A DNA stretch of 64,000 nucleotides, taken from NCBI GenBank assembly GCA_963706325.1, contig CAVPLT010000001.1:256001-320000 (forward strand), written 5' to 3'. Made by a program: the position numbers and the translations under genes. How positions within the stretch are numbered: the stretch's first letter is position 1; every line of letters starts with the position of its first letter. This document shows, piece after piece, positions 50,651 to 60,522 of the stretch. Source of the stretch: an uncultured Nitrospiraceae bacterium. Its GTDB lineage: Bacteria > Nitrospirota > Nitrospiria > Nitrospirales > Nitrospiraceae. A model generated the notes under the pieces. That model worked only from the letters and a program-made list of their open reading frames with translations, was not told the origin of the DNA and did not search any database.

Positions 50651-51739
50651 ATGAACACAGACCTCATCGCTGAATTTAGGCCCACAAAAAGCGCGCCACT
50701 GCTCGGATTTTGGTATCCGGCCACCACGAGCACATCGTTGGCGGTGGGCCAAATGCAATCGCAGGTGATGCTGGGACAACCGATGCTTCTCTGCCGCGAC
50801 CGCCAGGGACAGGTGGCCGCCATGCGGGACATTTGCCCTCACCGCGGCATGCCTCTCTCGTTCGGACATTTCGACGGCGAACGTGTCGAATGCGCCTACC
50901 ATGGGTGGCAATTCGATACGGGCGGCCGTTGTCGCCACATCCCATCGCTCGTCAAGGACTCGCCGCTCCGACCCGATAAGATCGGTATTGCGTCGTACCC
51001 CTGCCAGGATCAGGACGGCTATGTGTGGGTGTTTCTCGCCGACCCGCAACAACCGAATCAGCCTGTTCCAGAGCTACCGCATCTCCCCCTACCCTCCGAA
51101 CCCTACCGCATGGTCCAGATCTCGACGATTGTGGGATGCACCAGCGACGACGGCATCGTCAGCTTCATGGATCCGGCCCATGGTCCCTTCGTGCACCAGA
51201 GCTCTTGGTGGCGAACGAAGGCCAGCATGCACGACAAGGTCAAAACCTATGAGCCGATTCCGAACGGGTTTCGTATGGTTCCCCATGCGCCCTCCCAAAA
51301 TAGCGGCCCCTACAAGTTGCTGAATCTTTTTTACGGTGGGCCACTGACGACAACCATCGATTTCGTGCTTCCCAACCAACGCTTCGAGTTCGTCCAGTGC
51401 GGCTCAATGTTCGTCTCCTCTCGCATAACCATCACCCCGATGGGCGAACAGCAATGTCGAATCGATTTTTGCGCCGCGTGGAACGCGCTGCGATGGCTAC
51501 CGTTTTCCAAGACGCTGTTCCGGCACTTCGGCAATATCTTTCTGAAACAGGATAAGCAGGCCATGGAGCGGCAGGCCATCGGCTTACGCTATAAACCCCC
51601 TCTCATGCTGGTCGATGAGGCTGATACGCTGATCAAGTGGTACTACAAGCTGAAGACCGCTCATCTCGCGGCGGTGCAAACCGGCCGTCCCCTGGATCAT
51701 CCCCTGAAAGGTCCGGTCACGCTTCGTTGGAGAAGTTAG
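50651..51739 (+). CDS. Rieske non-heme iron oxygenase alpha subunit (VanA-like)
   Basis: CPHRG...CAYHGW; DPAH..FVH; C-terminal QD. Confidence 0.9.
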   Translation: MNTDLIAEFRPTKSAPLLGFWYPATTSTSLAVGQMQSQVMLGQPMLLCRDRQGQVAAMRDICPHRGMPLSFGHFDGERVECAYHGWQFDTGGRCRHIPSLVKDSPLRPDKIGIASYPCQDQDGYVWVFLADPQQPNQPVPELPHLPLPSEPYRMVQISTIVGCTSDDGIVSFMDPAHGPFVHQSSWWRTKASMHDKVKTYEPIPNGFRMVPHAPSQNSGPYKLLNLFYGGPLTTTIDFVLPNQRFEFVQCGSMFVSSRITITPMGEQQCRIDFCAAWNALRWLPFSKTLFRHFGNIFLKQDKQAMERQAIGLRYKPPLMLVDEADTLIKWYYKLKTAHLAAVQTGRPLDHPLKGPVTLRWRS

Positions 51740-51751
51740 CCGGTTGCGCGT

Positions 51752-53776
51752 TCACTTGGTGGGTTGGCTCAAGCCATTGTGCGGCTCGTTGAGCAGCGCC
51801 ATAGCCCGACGTATCTGATCACGTGATCCCAGCAGCGTCACCACATCTCCCGATTGCAGACGCACCGTTTCGGCCGGATTCGACTGCGTCAGCTGGTTAC
51901 GCGTCCAGGCAATGATAGACGCGCCGGTCCGTGGACGAATCGAGAGTTCGGCCAAAGACTTGCCCACCGCCGGAGCCTCCTCATCGATGCGGCAAGTTTC
52001 CACCTCGACATCGGTCAGGGTGCCCCCGCGAAGATGGTGAGCCAATTCAGGCATCTCGCTGCGACGTAACAAGGCATATCCCTCCCGCCGGATTTGTTCG
52101 GCTTTTCTGGCCACGAACTCCTGCGGCAAACTGTAGGTGCGCAGCACCAGCGCGAAGATTTCAATCGACGTCTCAAACTCCTCCGGCACCACGTCGTCCG
52201 CGCCTAACTGGTGCAACTCTTCCAACTCCCGCAGATAACGGGTCCGCACGACGATGTGCACAGCCGGGTTGAGCCCCTTCGCGACCTTTACCGTTCTCCG
52301 AGCCGTAAATGGATCGGAGAGCGCCACGACCAGCACTTTGGCCTCTTCTATCTTCATGTGTCGCAGGACATTGGCATTCGAGCCGTCGCCATAATAGATC
52401 GGCACGCCATGACGCGACTCGCGGCGAACCGTATCGCCATCCAGATCGAGCGCCACGTGGGGGATCTCCGTTTCGCTCAGCACACGAGCCAGGTTTCGAC
52501 CGTTCAATCCATACCCCACAATGATCACATGGTCTTTAATACGAATCTGCGATCCTGCCAACTGTTCAACATGCGCAGCTGTCCGAGTCGGCAGCCATCC
52601 CCGCACACGTTGCATCGCTTCGATCCGCCGTCCCAAGTGAGGCGACCACTGCATCAAAAAGGGGGTCACCACCATCGTCAGGACCGACGTCGCCAGGAAT
52701 AAATTGTACAGTTCGCCGGTAAACAACCCCGCATCTTGCCCCTGTTGCGCCAGAATAAAACTGAATTCGCCTACCTGCGCCAGGGCCATTCCAACAAGAA
52801 TCGCCGACCTAGGCGGGGCCCCCGCCGCAATCATCGCTCCGGTACCGGCCACCAGCTTTCCGACAATGACCGCCACAAGCAACCCCAGGACGATGAACGG
52901 ATGGTTCAGCACCACACGCAGGTCCATCAACACTCCGATGGACACGAAGAACAGACTGTTGAAACTGTCACGGAACGGCAGGACCTCCGCCAATGCTTGA
53001 TGGCTATATTCAGATTCAGAAATGACGAGACCGGCGATAAATGCACCGAGAGCCAACGACAGTCCGCCCAGCGAGGTCAGCCAGGCAATACCGAGGCAGA
53101 GGACAATGATTGAGAGCAGAAACAGCTCCCGACTTCGGCTGCGTACGATATGCCGCAGCAACCGCGGTACCAGGTACCAAGCTGCTGCGACAATCAAGCC
53201 CACGACTAGGGCCGCCTTGAGCAAGGTCGTGAGGACCGTCCCCATTGCGCTTCCGCTCGGCGTCGCTAAAATTGGTGTGATGAGCATCATGGGAACGACA
53301 GCCAGGTCCTGGAAGATCAGGATCGCAACCGTGGCCCGACCATGAAACGAATCGCTCTCGCCCTGCTCGGAAAGCGCCTTCAAAACAATCGCCGTACTAC
53401 TTAACGAGAGGACAAAACCCCAGAAAATTCCCTGTTGATAGGACAGTCCTACTGCAAGTGCGCCCAGCATCGCCAAGATCAGCACGCCACCGGTCTGGAC
53501 CGGAGCGGCAACCATGAGAATGCGGCGAGCCGCCGCAAAATGCGCCGAGGAGAACTCCATGCCGATGGTGAAGAGCAGAAGCACAATCCCGATCTCGGCC
53601 AACACCTGCACCTGACTGACGTCCGGAATCAAATGGAGGCCATGCGGACCGATGAGTGCGCCCGCAACCAGAAAGCCGGCGATCGACGGCAACCGGAACT
53701 GGTGAAACACGAAGACCACTACCGTGGACACCGTATAGATCACTAGAAGATCGCCAAGAACTGCGTAATCGCTCAT
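51752..53776 (-). CDS. CPA2-family cation/proton antiporter (KefC-like) with TrkA-N and TrkA-C domains
   Basis: LSSTAIV, FQDLAVVP, GAFIAG, GEFSF, GYGLNG, YGDG. Confidence 0.92.
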   Translation of the reverse strand: MSDYAVLGDLLVIYTVSTVVVFVFHQFRLPSIAGFLVAGALIGPHGLHLIPDVSQVQVLAEIGIVLLLFTIGMEFSSAHFAAARRILMVAAPVQTGGVLILAMLGALAVGLSYQQGIFWGFVLSLSSTAIVLKALSEQGESDSFHGRATVAILIFQDLAVVPMMLITPILATPSGSAMGTVLTTLLKAALVVGLIVAAAWYLVPRLLRHIVRSRSRELFLLSIIVLCLGIAWLTSLGGLSLALGAFIAGLVISESEYSHQALAEVLPFRDSFNSLFFVSIGVLMDLRVVLNHPFIVLGLLVAVIVGKLVAGTGAMIAAGAPPRSAILVGMALAQVGEFSFILAQQGQDAGLFTGELYNLFLATSVLTMVVTPFLMQWSPHLGRRIEAMQRVRGWLPTRTAAHVEQLAGSQIRIKDHVIIVGYGLNGRNLARVLSETEIPHVALDLDGDTVRRESRHGVPIYYGDGSNANVLRHMKIEEAKVLVVALSDPFTARRTVKVAKGLNPAVHIVVRTRYLRELEELHQLGADDVVPEEFETSIEIFALVLRTYSLPQEFVARKAEQIRREGYALLRRSEMPELAHHLRGGTLTDVEVETCRIDEEAPAVGKSLAELSIRPRTGASIIAWTRNQLTQSNPAETVRLQSGDVVTLLGSRDQIRRAMALLNEPHNGLSQPTK

Positions 53777-53938
53777 CCTATGTGGACCCCAATAAAAGTC
53801 TGGATCACGTACTGCTGCGTATCGGCACGCAGCATACCTTAGGGCTCTCAACTGAACAAGCAGTTCTGCTTGTTTGGACGTCGCGCTGGACTACCGTGGC
53901 GCCCACGCCCGCCACAAGCCGTTCACGGGAGGATTCCC

Positions 53939-54300
53939 CTGCGCGCCATCATTTTTGATTTCGATGGCGTCGTTTCTAACGATGAAAACGCCGCATGTGC
54001 ACTGCTTTCAGCAAAGCCTTCAGAACAGGAACCAAGTTGGGCAGGGAGGACTATTATGGAACCTACCTCGGCATGGACAAGCGGACCTGCGGTGCTGCGC
54101 TGCTACAAGCGAGGGTTGGAGTCTGCGATGCCCTCCTCCACGCAGAGATTTTCGAAAGGAAGGCGACCATTTGAATTGATTGTCTCCGCGGACGAATGCT
54201 CCGTCTGGAAACCAGATCCGACAATCTATGAGTTCACGCTTAGGCAGTTGAATGCGCGTCGAGCCGGTATGCTGGCGGGATTGAAGACCGGACATGCGCA
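53939..54300 (+). pseudogene. Degraded HAD-family phosphatase
   Basis: LRAIIFDFDGVV, TPHVHCFQ, DYYGTYLGMD and IVSADE...KPDP.IY are spread over three frames. No start codon after the GGAGG. Confidence 0.75.
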
Positions 54301-54431
54301 TCTTGGCTGTCGCCACGATCTATCCGGCATTCGAGTTGAACAGTGCACACCTCGTGCTTCCGAACTGGTCCGGAATCCTCCCAGCGGATCTTGCCCGACG
54401 GCTATTTTAGGAAACAGGAGAAAGACGGAGG

Positions 54432-54827
54432 CTAGAAAGGAATGCGAATGCCCATTTGAAACTCGTTCGGCATCATGCCCTTTCCCAACGACTCGCCCAA
54501 GAGGTTTTGCTGAGGGAACATCGACGAAGAACCCATCGCCCGGTCGCGCTCTGTCACAAACCCACCGCCAAATCCAGCCCCGACAAACGGAATCAACGTC
54601 TGCTGGCTGAGCTGTAACCGTCCGCTTAACGTGGGGGTCTGCCGAATTATGTCCTGCTCGCGATTGTTGATAGTAGGAAGTTGAGACAATGGGCTCGGGG
54701 ACGGGAGGCGACTCGCGCTCCACGCCGGCAATTCGTTCAGCGGATTTTCCGCAGATGCCATCCCGGCGCACAGTAGCCCGAGCAATCCTGCCCGGAGCAT
54801 TGACCGGCTGATCACGAGGATGTTCAT
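54432..54827 (-). CDS. Small exported protein with an outer-membrane beta-strand signature
   Basis: Signal peptide (ASA), PFVGAGFG, C-terminal FQMGIRIPF. Confidence 0.65.
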   Translation of the reverse strand: MNILVISRSMLRAGLLGLLCAGMASAENPLNELPAWSASRLPSPSPLSQLPTINNREQDIIRQTPTLSGRLQLSQQTLIPFVGAGFGGGFVTERDRAMGSSSMFPQQNLLGESLGKGMMPNEFQMGIRIPF

Positions 54828-55352
54828 CCCGCTATCTTTCCCTGCTCCAACATATGCCCTTTTTCACTTTACTCCATACTCCCAACGCGCGACAAGTAGG
54901 CGTCTGCAACGACCATTCAATCGGAGGTCAGGAGCAGTGGAGGATCCTGTTTATCTTATTGGCGCACGAGTCGCCATACATACGACGACCGTCCAATGTG
55001 ACAGCCAGGAAGTCCTATCTCTGGCGGTCGATACGCAGCCGGACCACGAGCAGGCATTACCCGGCAAGGATGTTGCGGAACGCACGCATTTCGCACAACT
55101 GGAATGAAGAAGCAGGATTCAGTAACGGCAGGCTAACGCTGGAGCATCAAGTGGACACGATTGAGCTGCTCGGTGGTATGCCACAATCCTCGCCCACCCA
55201 GTGCGCTTGGACATCGCCAGCGGCATGCAATCGTTGAGCGACCCTGCCGGTTTCTATCACGATAGGAACTCGATGGGGGTCGGAGATGGCGGAACACCGC
55301 GAGTGAGAGTCCCATTGGCTACGGATGCGACGCTGAAGGATGACGGTTGCGG

Positions 55353-56375
55353 TCACACTTTGTAGTATTCCCGGTACCAGTCGACGAAACGCCCGATGCC
55401 CGTTTCGATCGACGTGGCTGGTTTGAAGCCGGTGTCGCGCATCAGGTCCGCCACGTCGGCATAGGTCGCCGGCACGTCGCCGGGCTGAAGCGGGAGAAAA
55501 TTCTTTTCGGCTTTCTTGCCGAGCGTCTGTTCCAGGACTTCGATGAAGCGCAGCAGTTCAACCGGCTGGTGATTGCCGATGTTGTAGAGACGATAGGGTG
55601 CGGAGCTGCCGCCTGGGTCGGGCTTGTCACTGGACCACGTCGGATCGGGCTGCGCGGGGCGATCCAGCGTACGGAGGACTCCTTCGACAATATCGTCGAC
55701 GTAGGTAAAATCGCGCTGCATCTTCCCGTGATTGAAGACGTCGATCGGCTTTCCTTCCAGAATCGCCTTCGTAAAAAGAAACAGCGCCATATCAGGACGG
55801 CCCCAAGGTCCGTAGACAGTAAAAAATCGCAGCCCCGTAATCGGAAATCGGTACAGGTGGGCGTAACAATGCGCCATCAGCTCATTCGCCTTCTTCGTGG
55901 CAGCGTAAAGAGAAACGGGGTGATCGACATTATCATGCACCGAGAACGGCATCTGCGTATGCCCGCCGTATACCGAACTGGTAGAGGCGTAGACGAGATG
56001 CTCGGCCTGGTGATGCCGGCAGCCTTCGAGGATATTCAGAAACCCGTCGATATTGCTGGCGGTGTAGGCGTGCGGATTGACCAATGAATACCGGACGCCG
56101 GCCTGCGCGGCCAAATGGACGACTCGTCTGATAGGCTGTTGCTCGAAGAGCGCGGCAATTCCGGTACGATCGGAGAGGTCCAGTTTCGTGAATTGGAATT
56201 GCGGATGCGGGAGCAACCTCGCTAAACGTGCTTCCTTCAGTCGCACATCGTAGTAGTCGTTGAGATTATCCAGCCCAAGCACCGAATCGCCTCGATCGAG
56301 CAGCCGCCTGGCCACATGAGACCCGATAAAGCCGGCCGCGCCGGTCACGAGCACTAATTTCTTGCCAGAACCCAT
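55353..56375 (-). CDS. NAD-dependent epimerase (UDP-glucuronate 4-epimerase-like)
   Basis: [39 protein letters not shown]. Confidence 0.93.
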   Translation of the reverse strand: MGSGKKLVLVTGAAGFIGSHVARRLLDRGDSVLGLDNLNDYYDVRLKEARLARLLPHPQFQFTKLDLSDRTGIAALFEQQPIRRVVHLAAQAGVRYSLVNPHAYTASNIDGFLNILEGCRHHQAEHLVYASTSSVYGGHTQMPFSVHDNVDHPVSLYAATKKANELMAHCYAHLYRFPITGLRFFTVYGPWGRPDMALFLFTKAILEGKPIDVFNHGKMQRDFTYVDDIVEGVLRTLDRPAQPDPTWSSDKPDPGGSSAPYRLYNIGNHQPVELLRFIEVLEQTLGKKAEKNFLPLQPGDVPATYADVADLMRDTGFKPATSIETGIGRFVDWYREYYKV

Positions 56376-56414
56376 ATCACTTTCCTTTCCAGGCCGGTTA
56401 TCTGTGCCACGAAC

Positions 56415-58040
56415 TTAGGCGCGCCCGCCCCGCTTCATGAACGACGGCTCCCCGTGATCGACCCGGTAGAGCGACATCGGAGCCAAGGCTTCAACCGGAG
56501 ATGAGATCTGCACCGACCCATCGCTGGCGCGTCGAAATATATCCAGTGCCCGAGCGCGATGATATCGACAATCATGCCGGCCCAAAAGCTCTTTTAATTT
56601 TTCCGGTGGTTCCCAATTGGCAGTGAGCAGTGCCGTCCGCGCCGGATTGCGTTGGCTGAACATGAACGACAGATGATCGGGGTACCAATCGGCTCCGCCG
56701 GTGGCATAGGACACAAAGAGCCCGGCCTGGGCTGCGACACAGAGCTCGTCCAAATAGCTATTGGTGAGATACCCATTTTCGCCCACATCAAGCCAGAGCC
56801 CTGGATGAGACAGCGGCGCATGGGCGGCGTAACTGCGGATTTCCTGCAGTTGCTGTTGTGAGGCCAAGAGCAACCCGATGGGCCCATACTTTTGAACCAG
56901 CTGTTGAATCACGCCCTCTTTGATGGCCGAGCGGCCGCTGTTGGTCGGCCCGCTGTCTGCATGAACCAACACGTTGTGCCCGCGATCGGTCACCAGGTAA
57001 CAGTTTCTGGGCATCTCCAGATCACAGGGATCTTCGCCAAAGAACGGCACCGATACCACAGCGCCGCCATCGAAATTCCATGTTTCGCCGTGTGCCAGTT
57101 CGATGATGTTGGTACAGCCCAACTCCCTCAGCAGCGGAATGTAATCGTAGAAATATTTCTTTCGGTTCCGCCGGCTGGGAACAACGACCGGCACATCCTT
57201 CGGCACATGCAGCAGCGTCCGTGGATCCACGTGGTCGTCGTGGTCATGTGTCAAGAAAATCGCCGTAGGCTTAGGCAGCATCGACACCCACAGGCTCGGC
57301 ACGTTCGACTCCGCGAACCAAGGCAGCAGCCATGGATCGAACAGCAAAAAATGATCGCGCTGTCGATACATCAACGCGGCATGTCCCAGATGAATGGTGT
57401 CCCGATCTTTCGTATTTAACAACCATTGCTCTCGATTCGACGCCTTTACCGTGGGAGTCAGGCATTCATACTGCACGAACAGGTCCATCAGTTTCGCCAA
57501 TAGCCGCTCTCCGTCTCGGCCGGCTGTCGCCACGATGGTTTGTATGGCCCCGACTTGGTGCGTGCCATCCAACATGCCGATCAATTTCCCCACGACCGGT
57601 CCCATCGGCCGATCGAATGGCACTGGAATCGCCTGACGCTTGACGGCATTAAAAATACGCAGGCCGGTGTTGACCACGGTCGCCGATTTCGTGGGATCGA
57701 AGGGATGCGACCACTCGAATGTTCCGTCCGGTCGGCGCCGCGCGGTGATGCGTTGGCTGAACTGCTGGCGCGAATTGATCAGTTCGGCATAGGCATCTTC
57801 CAATCGCACCTTGATGTGCGGATCACCGAGCGTCGCGCGACGGGAAAACACATCGCTGATGGCCGTTTCCACACAGGGGAGAAACAGGCTATGGGCTTCG
57901 TGCAGGCTCGCCACGACCTCAGGAGCCACCCCGCCGATAAAAGGAAATGGGCCCGGCGGCTGATTGCTTTCGAGTTGTACCCAGACCCACGGCGCAAGGC
58001 CTACATAGTGATCGCGCGGCAATGAATCCCAAACACTCAT
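56415..58040 (-). CDS. Metallo-beta-lactamase-fold protein, CmlA-like diiron enzyme candidate
   Basis: LGHAAL, FDPW, THDHDDH, PFFGE, HADS, YATG; long N-terminal extension. Confidence 0.8.
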   Translation of the reverse strand: MSVWDSLPRDHYVGLAPWVWVQLESNQPPGPFPFIGGVAPEVVASLHEAHSLFLPCVETAISDVFSRRATLGDPHIKVRLEDAYAELINSRQQFSQRITARRRPDGTFEWSHPFDPTKSATVVNTGLRIFNAVKRQAIPVPFDRPMGPVVGKLIGMLDGTHQVGAIQTIVATAGRDGERLLAKLMDLFVQYECLTPTVKASNREQWLLNTKDRDTIHLGHAALMYRQRDHFLLFDPWLLPWFAESNVPSLWVSMLPKPTAIFLTHDHDDHVDPRTLLHVPKDVPVVVPSRRNRKKYFYDYIPLLRELGCTNIIELAHGETWNFDGGAVVSVPFFGEDPCDLEMPRNCYLVTDRGHNVLVHADSGPTNSGRSAIKEGVIQQLVQKYGPIGLLLASQQQLQEIRSYAAHAPLSHPGLWLDVGENGYLTNSYLDELCVAAQAGLFVSYATGGADWYPDHLSFMFSQRNPARTALLTANWEPPEKLKELLGRHDCRYHRARALDIFRRASDGSVQISSPVEALAPMSLYRVDHGEPSFMKRGGRA

Positions 58041-58129
58041 GGTCGTGAGGCGTGCCGCGTGACGCGCACATGGGGGTCGGTAAGCCAATTGGCAAACTGT
58101 TTGCGCATAATCACCCTGCCCTTAGCACC

Positions 58130-58555
58130 TTACTCTTCACGCTTACATTCCAGCTTACTGATCGTTGGTTCATACAACGCCTGAATCACATTGCCGTCCG
58201 GGTCGGTAAAATAGAACGAATAACTGCCGTCGCGGTGTTGTTTGGGTGGCTTGGCGATGGTGGCTCCATACTGAGCCGCGTCCGATTGCACGTCGAGAAA
58301 CAGTTCGTCCACCTGCGCAGGACTCCCGAAGATGACGCCGAAGTGGTCGAGCAATTGCCCGCGCGGCGGCTGGTACTGCGCGAGTTCATTGGGGGCGATT
58401 TGGTGCAAGGCCAGATTGTCGCTTCCCGAACTAAAATAGACATTGTCCGGATCCGGCTGCCAGACCACCTTCATCGCCAGGAACCGCTCGTAGAAAGCGC
58501 GCGACCGAGCAAGATCCGTCACGCGAAGGGCCAGATGTCGTAAGCCAAGATGCAT
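58130..58555 (-). CDS. VOC (glyoxalase) family protein
   Basis: LRHLALRV.DL, LDHFG, YFTDPDGN. Confidence 0.9.
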   Translation of the reverse strand: MHLGLRHLALRVTDLARSRAFYERFLAMKVVWQPDPDNVYFSSGSDNLALHQIAPNELAQYQPPRGQLLDHFGVIFGSPAQVDELFLDVQSDAAQYGATIAKPPKQHRDGSYSFYFTDPDGNVIQALYEPTISKLECKREE

Positions 58556-58580
58556 GGACAGACCGAGTTCTCCTGCGCGT

Positions 58581-58610
58581 ATAGTAGGTGGACCCCTGTC
58601 ACCTCGTCAA
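58581..58610 (-). promoter_or_regulatory. Putative promoter for the VOC-MBL-epimerase unit
   Basis: Minus strand TTGACG-18 nt-TACTAT. Confidence 0.5.
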
Positions 58611-58730
58611 TGCTCATTGCCTCCTCCCGTCATCAATTACCGCCGGCAGGACCTACAACTAGTCATGTTTCTGACGTAGGCCCTGTGGTACGATCGCTCA
58701 ACGTTTCTACGATCAAAGGAGCTAGGAGTT

Positions 58731-59573
58731 ATGTTGGCACGATCCTTCTTCGCACTAGTGGTAGCGGTCGTCGGACTGAACGGCGCGGCTTCGCAAGCAA
58801 CTGCGGCGGGACAGGCCGCACTTCCCCAGGAAATCACGGGAAAGGACGGCGCGCCGCTCGTGCTGATTCCAACCGGCCCCTACCCAATGGGAGTACCTTT
58901 CGGAGATCGCGATGGGGGACGCGATGAATATCCTCGCCACGTCGTCGAGGTCACGGATTTCTACATGGACAAATACGAAGTGACCAACGGCCGATACCTG
59001 GAATTCGTGAAGGCGACGAATCATCGCGTCCCACAAAATCCGAAAAACCCGACCCGCAACCTGTGGGAAGGAGTCGGCATTCCGGATTCTCTCGCGGACC
59101 GGCCGGTGATCAACGTGGATTGGGCGGACGCGGACGCCTACTGCAAATGGGCCGGCAGGCGGTTACCTCGCGAAGCCGAGTGGGAAAAAGCCGCGAAAGG
59201 CAACAACGACTGGCGATTCCCCTGGGGGAACGTGGAGCCCACGAATAAACACCTCAACTTCAATCAGAGGTGGATCGGAGAAAAGACTCTTATGCCAGTG
59301 GGCAGTTATGAGAGCGGGAAAAGCCCCTATGGGGTCTACGACATGGCCGGCAACGTCTGGGAATGGATGAACGATTGGTACGATGGGAAGTACTATGAAA
59401 AAAGCCCCGCCAAGAATCCCCCCGGACCGGAGAGCGGCAACAAGCGGGTCATTCGAGGCGCCGGCTGGCAGAATGAGACACCGACCGTCCGCATCTTTAC
59501 TCGGGTAGACAGCGATCCGACGATGCGGAACGAATCGACCGGATTTCGATGCGCGATGGACGTCCCGAAGTAA
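58731..59573 (+). CDS. Exported FGE-sulfatase (SUMF1/EgtB/PvdO) domain protein
   Basis: YEVTN, RLPREAEWEKAA, DMAGNVWEW, GFRC; signal peptide. Confidence 0.9.
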   Translation: MLARSFFALVVAVVGLNGAASQATAAGQAALPQEITGKDGAPLVLIPTGPYPMGVPFGDRDGGRDEYPRHVVEVTDFYMDKYEVTNGRYLEFVKATNHRVPQNPKNPTRNLWEGVGIPDSLADRPVINVDWADADAYCKWAGRRLPREAEWEKAAKGNNDWRFPWGNVEPTNKHLNFNQRWIGEKTLMPVGSYESGKSPYGVYDMAGNVWEWMNDWYDGKYYEKSPAKNPPGPESGNKRVIRGAGWQNETPTVRIFTRVDSDPTMRNESTGFRCAMDVPK

Positions 59574-59613
59574 CCCATTCTTCACCGCGACCCTTCCTTG
59601 AGTGCAGGATGCC

Positions 59614-60450
59614 ATGGCCAATTCCGGCTTCAATGGGCTGACCGTCGCATCGTTTGAGTCGCGCATGGCTGCGGAGATGACGCGCCTGATCGAACGCCAT
59701 GGCGGAAGGCCGCTGGTGGCGCCTGCATTGCGTGAAATTCCGCTAGAAGATCATTCCGCCGCCATCCGGTTCGGCGAGCAATTGCTAACAGAAGGCCTCG
59801 ACGTGCTGGTTCTGCTCACGGGAGCCGGCACCGCCACGCTGTTTGAGATCCTGCACCGCCGCTACCCCAAAGATAAGATCGCGAGCGCCCTGAAAAACAC
59901 CATACTGATTGCGCGTGGTCCCAAACCTGTCGCCGCGCTCAAAAGCCTCGGTTTTCAACCGACCTTGACCGTGCCGGAACCGAATACCTGGGTTGATGTC
60001 GTGTCGACACTGGACGATTACCGCCCCGTGCAGGGCCTGCGGGTGGCGGTGCAAGAATATGGTCTGCCGAATCTTGATTTGCGAGAGGCATTGAAACAAC
60101 GCGGAGCCTCTGTGGTTTCCGTACCGGTGTACCGATGGGCGCTCCCGGAAGATACCGCCCCGTTGAGGCAGGTGTTAGGTGAGCTTCTGGCGGGACATGT
60201 TCAGGTTATGTTGATTACCAATGCCGCCCAGATCGATCACGTCATGCAGGTCGCGGAACAGGACGGACAGTCGACGCAGTTCAGAGAGTCCTGCAAGAAG
60301 GTGGTCGTCTCTTCCATCGGCCCCACCGCCAGCGAACGCATTCGAAGCCACGGCTTATCGGTGGATTTCGAACCGTCGCACGGGAAAATGGGCATCCTCG
60401 TCAAAGAAACAAGCGAGCAGGCCCACCGTCTCTTAGTCGCCAAACATTAA
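59614..60450 (+). CDS. hemD: Uroporphyrinogen-III synthase
   Basis: ARGPKP, VQEYG, VYRW, IGPT. Confidence 0.8.
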   Translation: MANSGFNGLTVASFESRMAAEMTRLIERHGGRPLVAPALREIPLEDHSAAIRFGEQLLTEGLDVLVLLTGAGTATLFEILHRRYPKDKIASALKNTILIARGPKPVAALKSLGFQPTLTVPEPNTWVDVVSTLDDYRPVQGLRVAVQEYGLPNLDLREALKQRGASVVSVPVYRWALPEDTAPLRQVLGELLAGHVQVMLITNAAQIDHVMQVAEQDGQSTQFRESCKKVVVSSIGPTASERIRSHGLSVDFEPSHGKMGILVKETSEQAHRLLVAKH

Positions 60451-60522
60451 GGCGACAAACGTTTAGGTCGCACAGTCTTCACCCCCGTGACGACAGACAG
60501 CTCATTCGACAGTCATCCAACG

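Noticed and set aside
53870..54610. 246-aa ORF as an intact HAD hydrolase
   Set aside because: HAD motifs are scattered over three frames, and the 3' part is antisense to the 54432-54827 gene.
54830..55350. Several short ORFs on both strands
   Set aside because: No recognisable motifs or consistent start signals, so a gene call cannot be supported.
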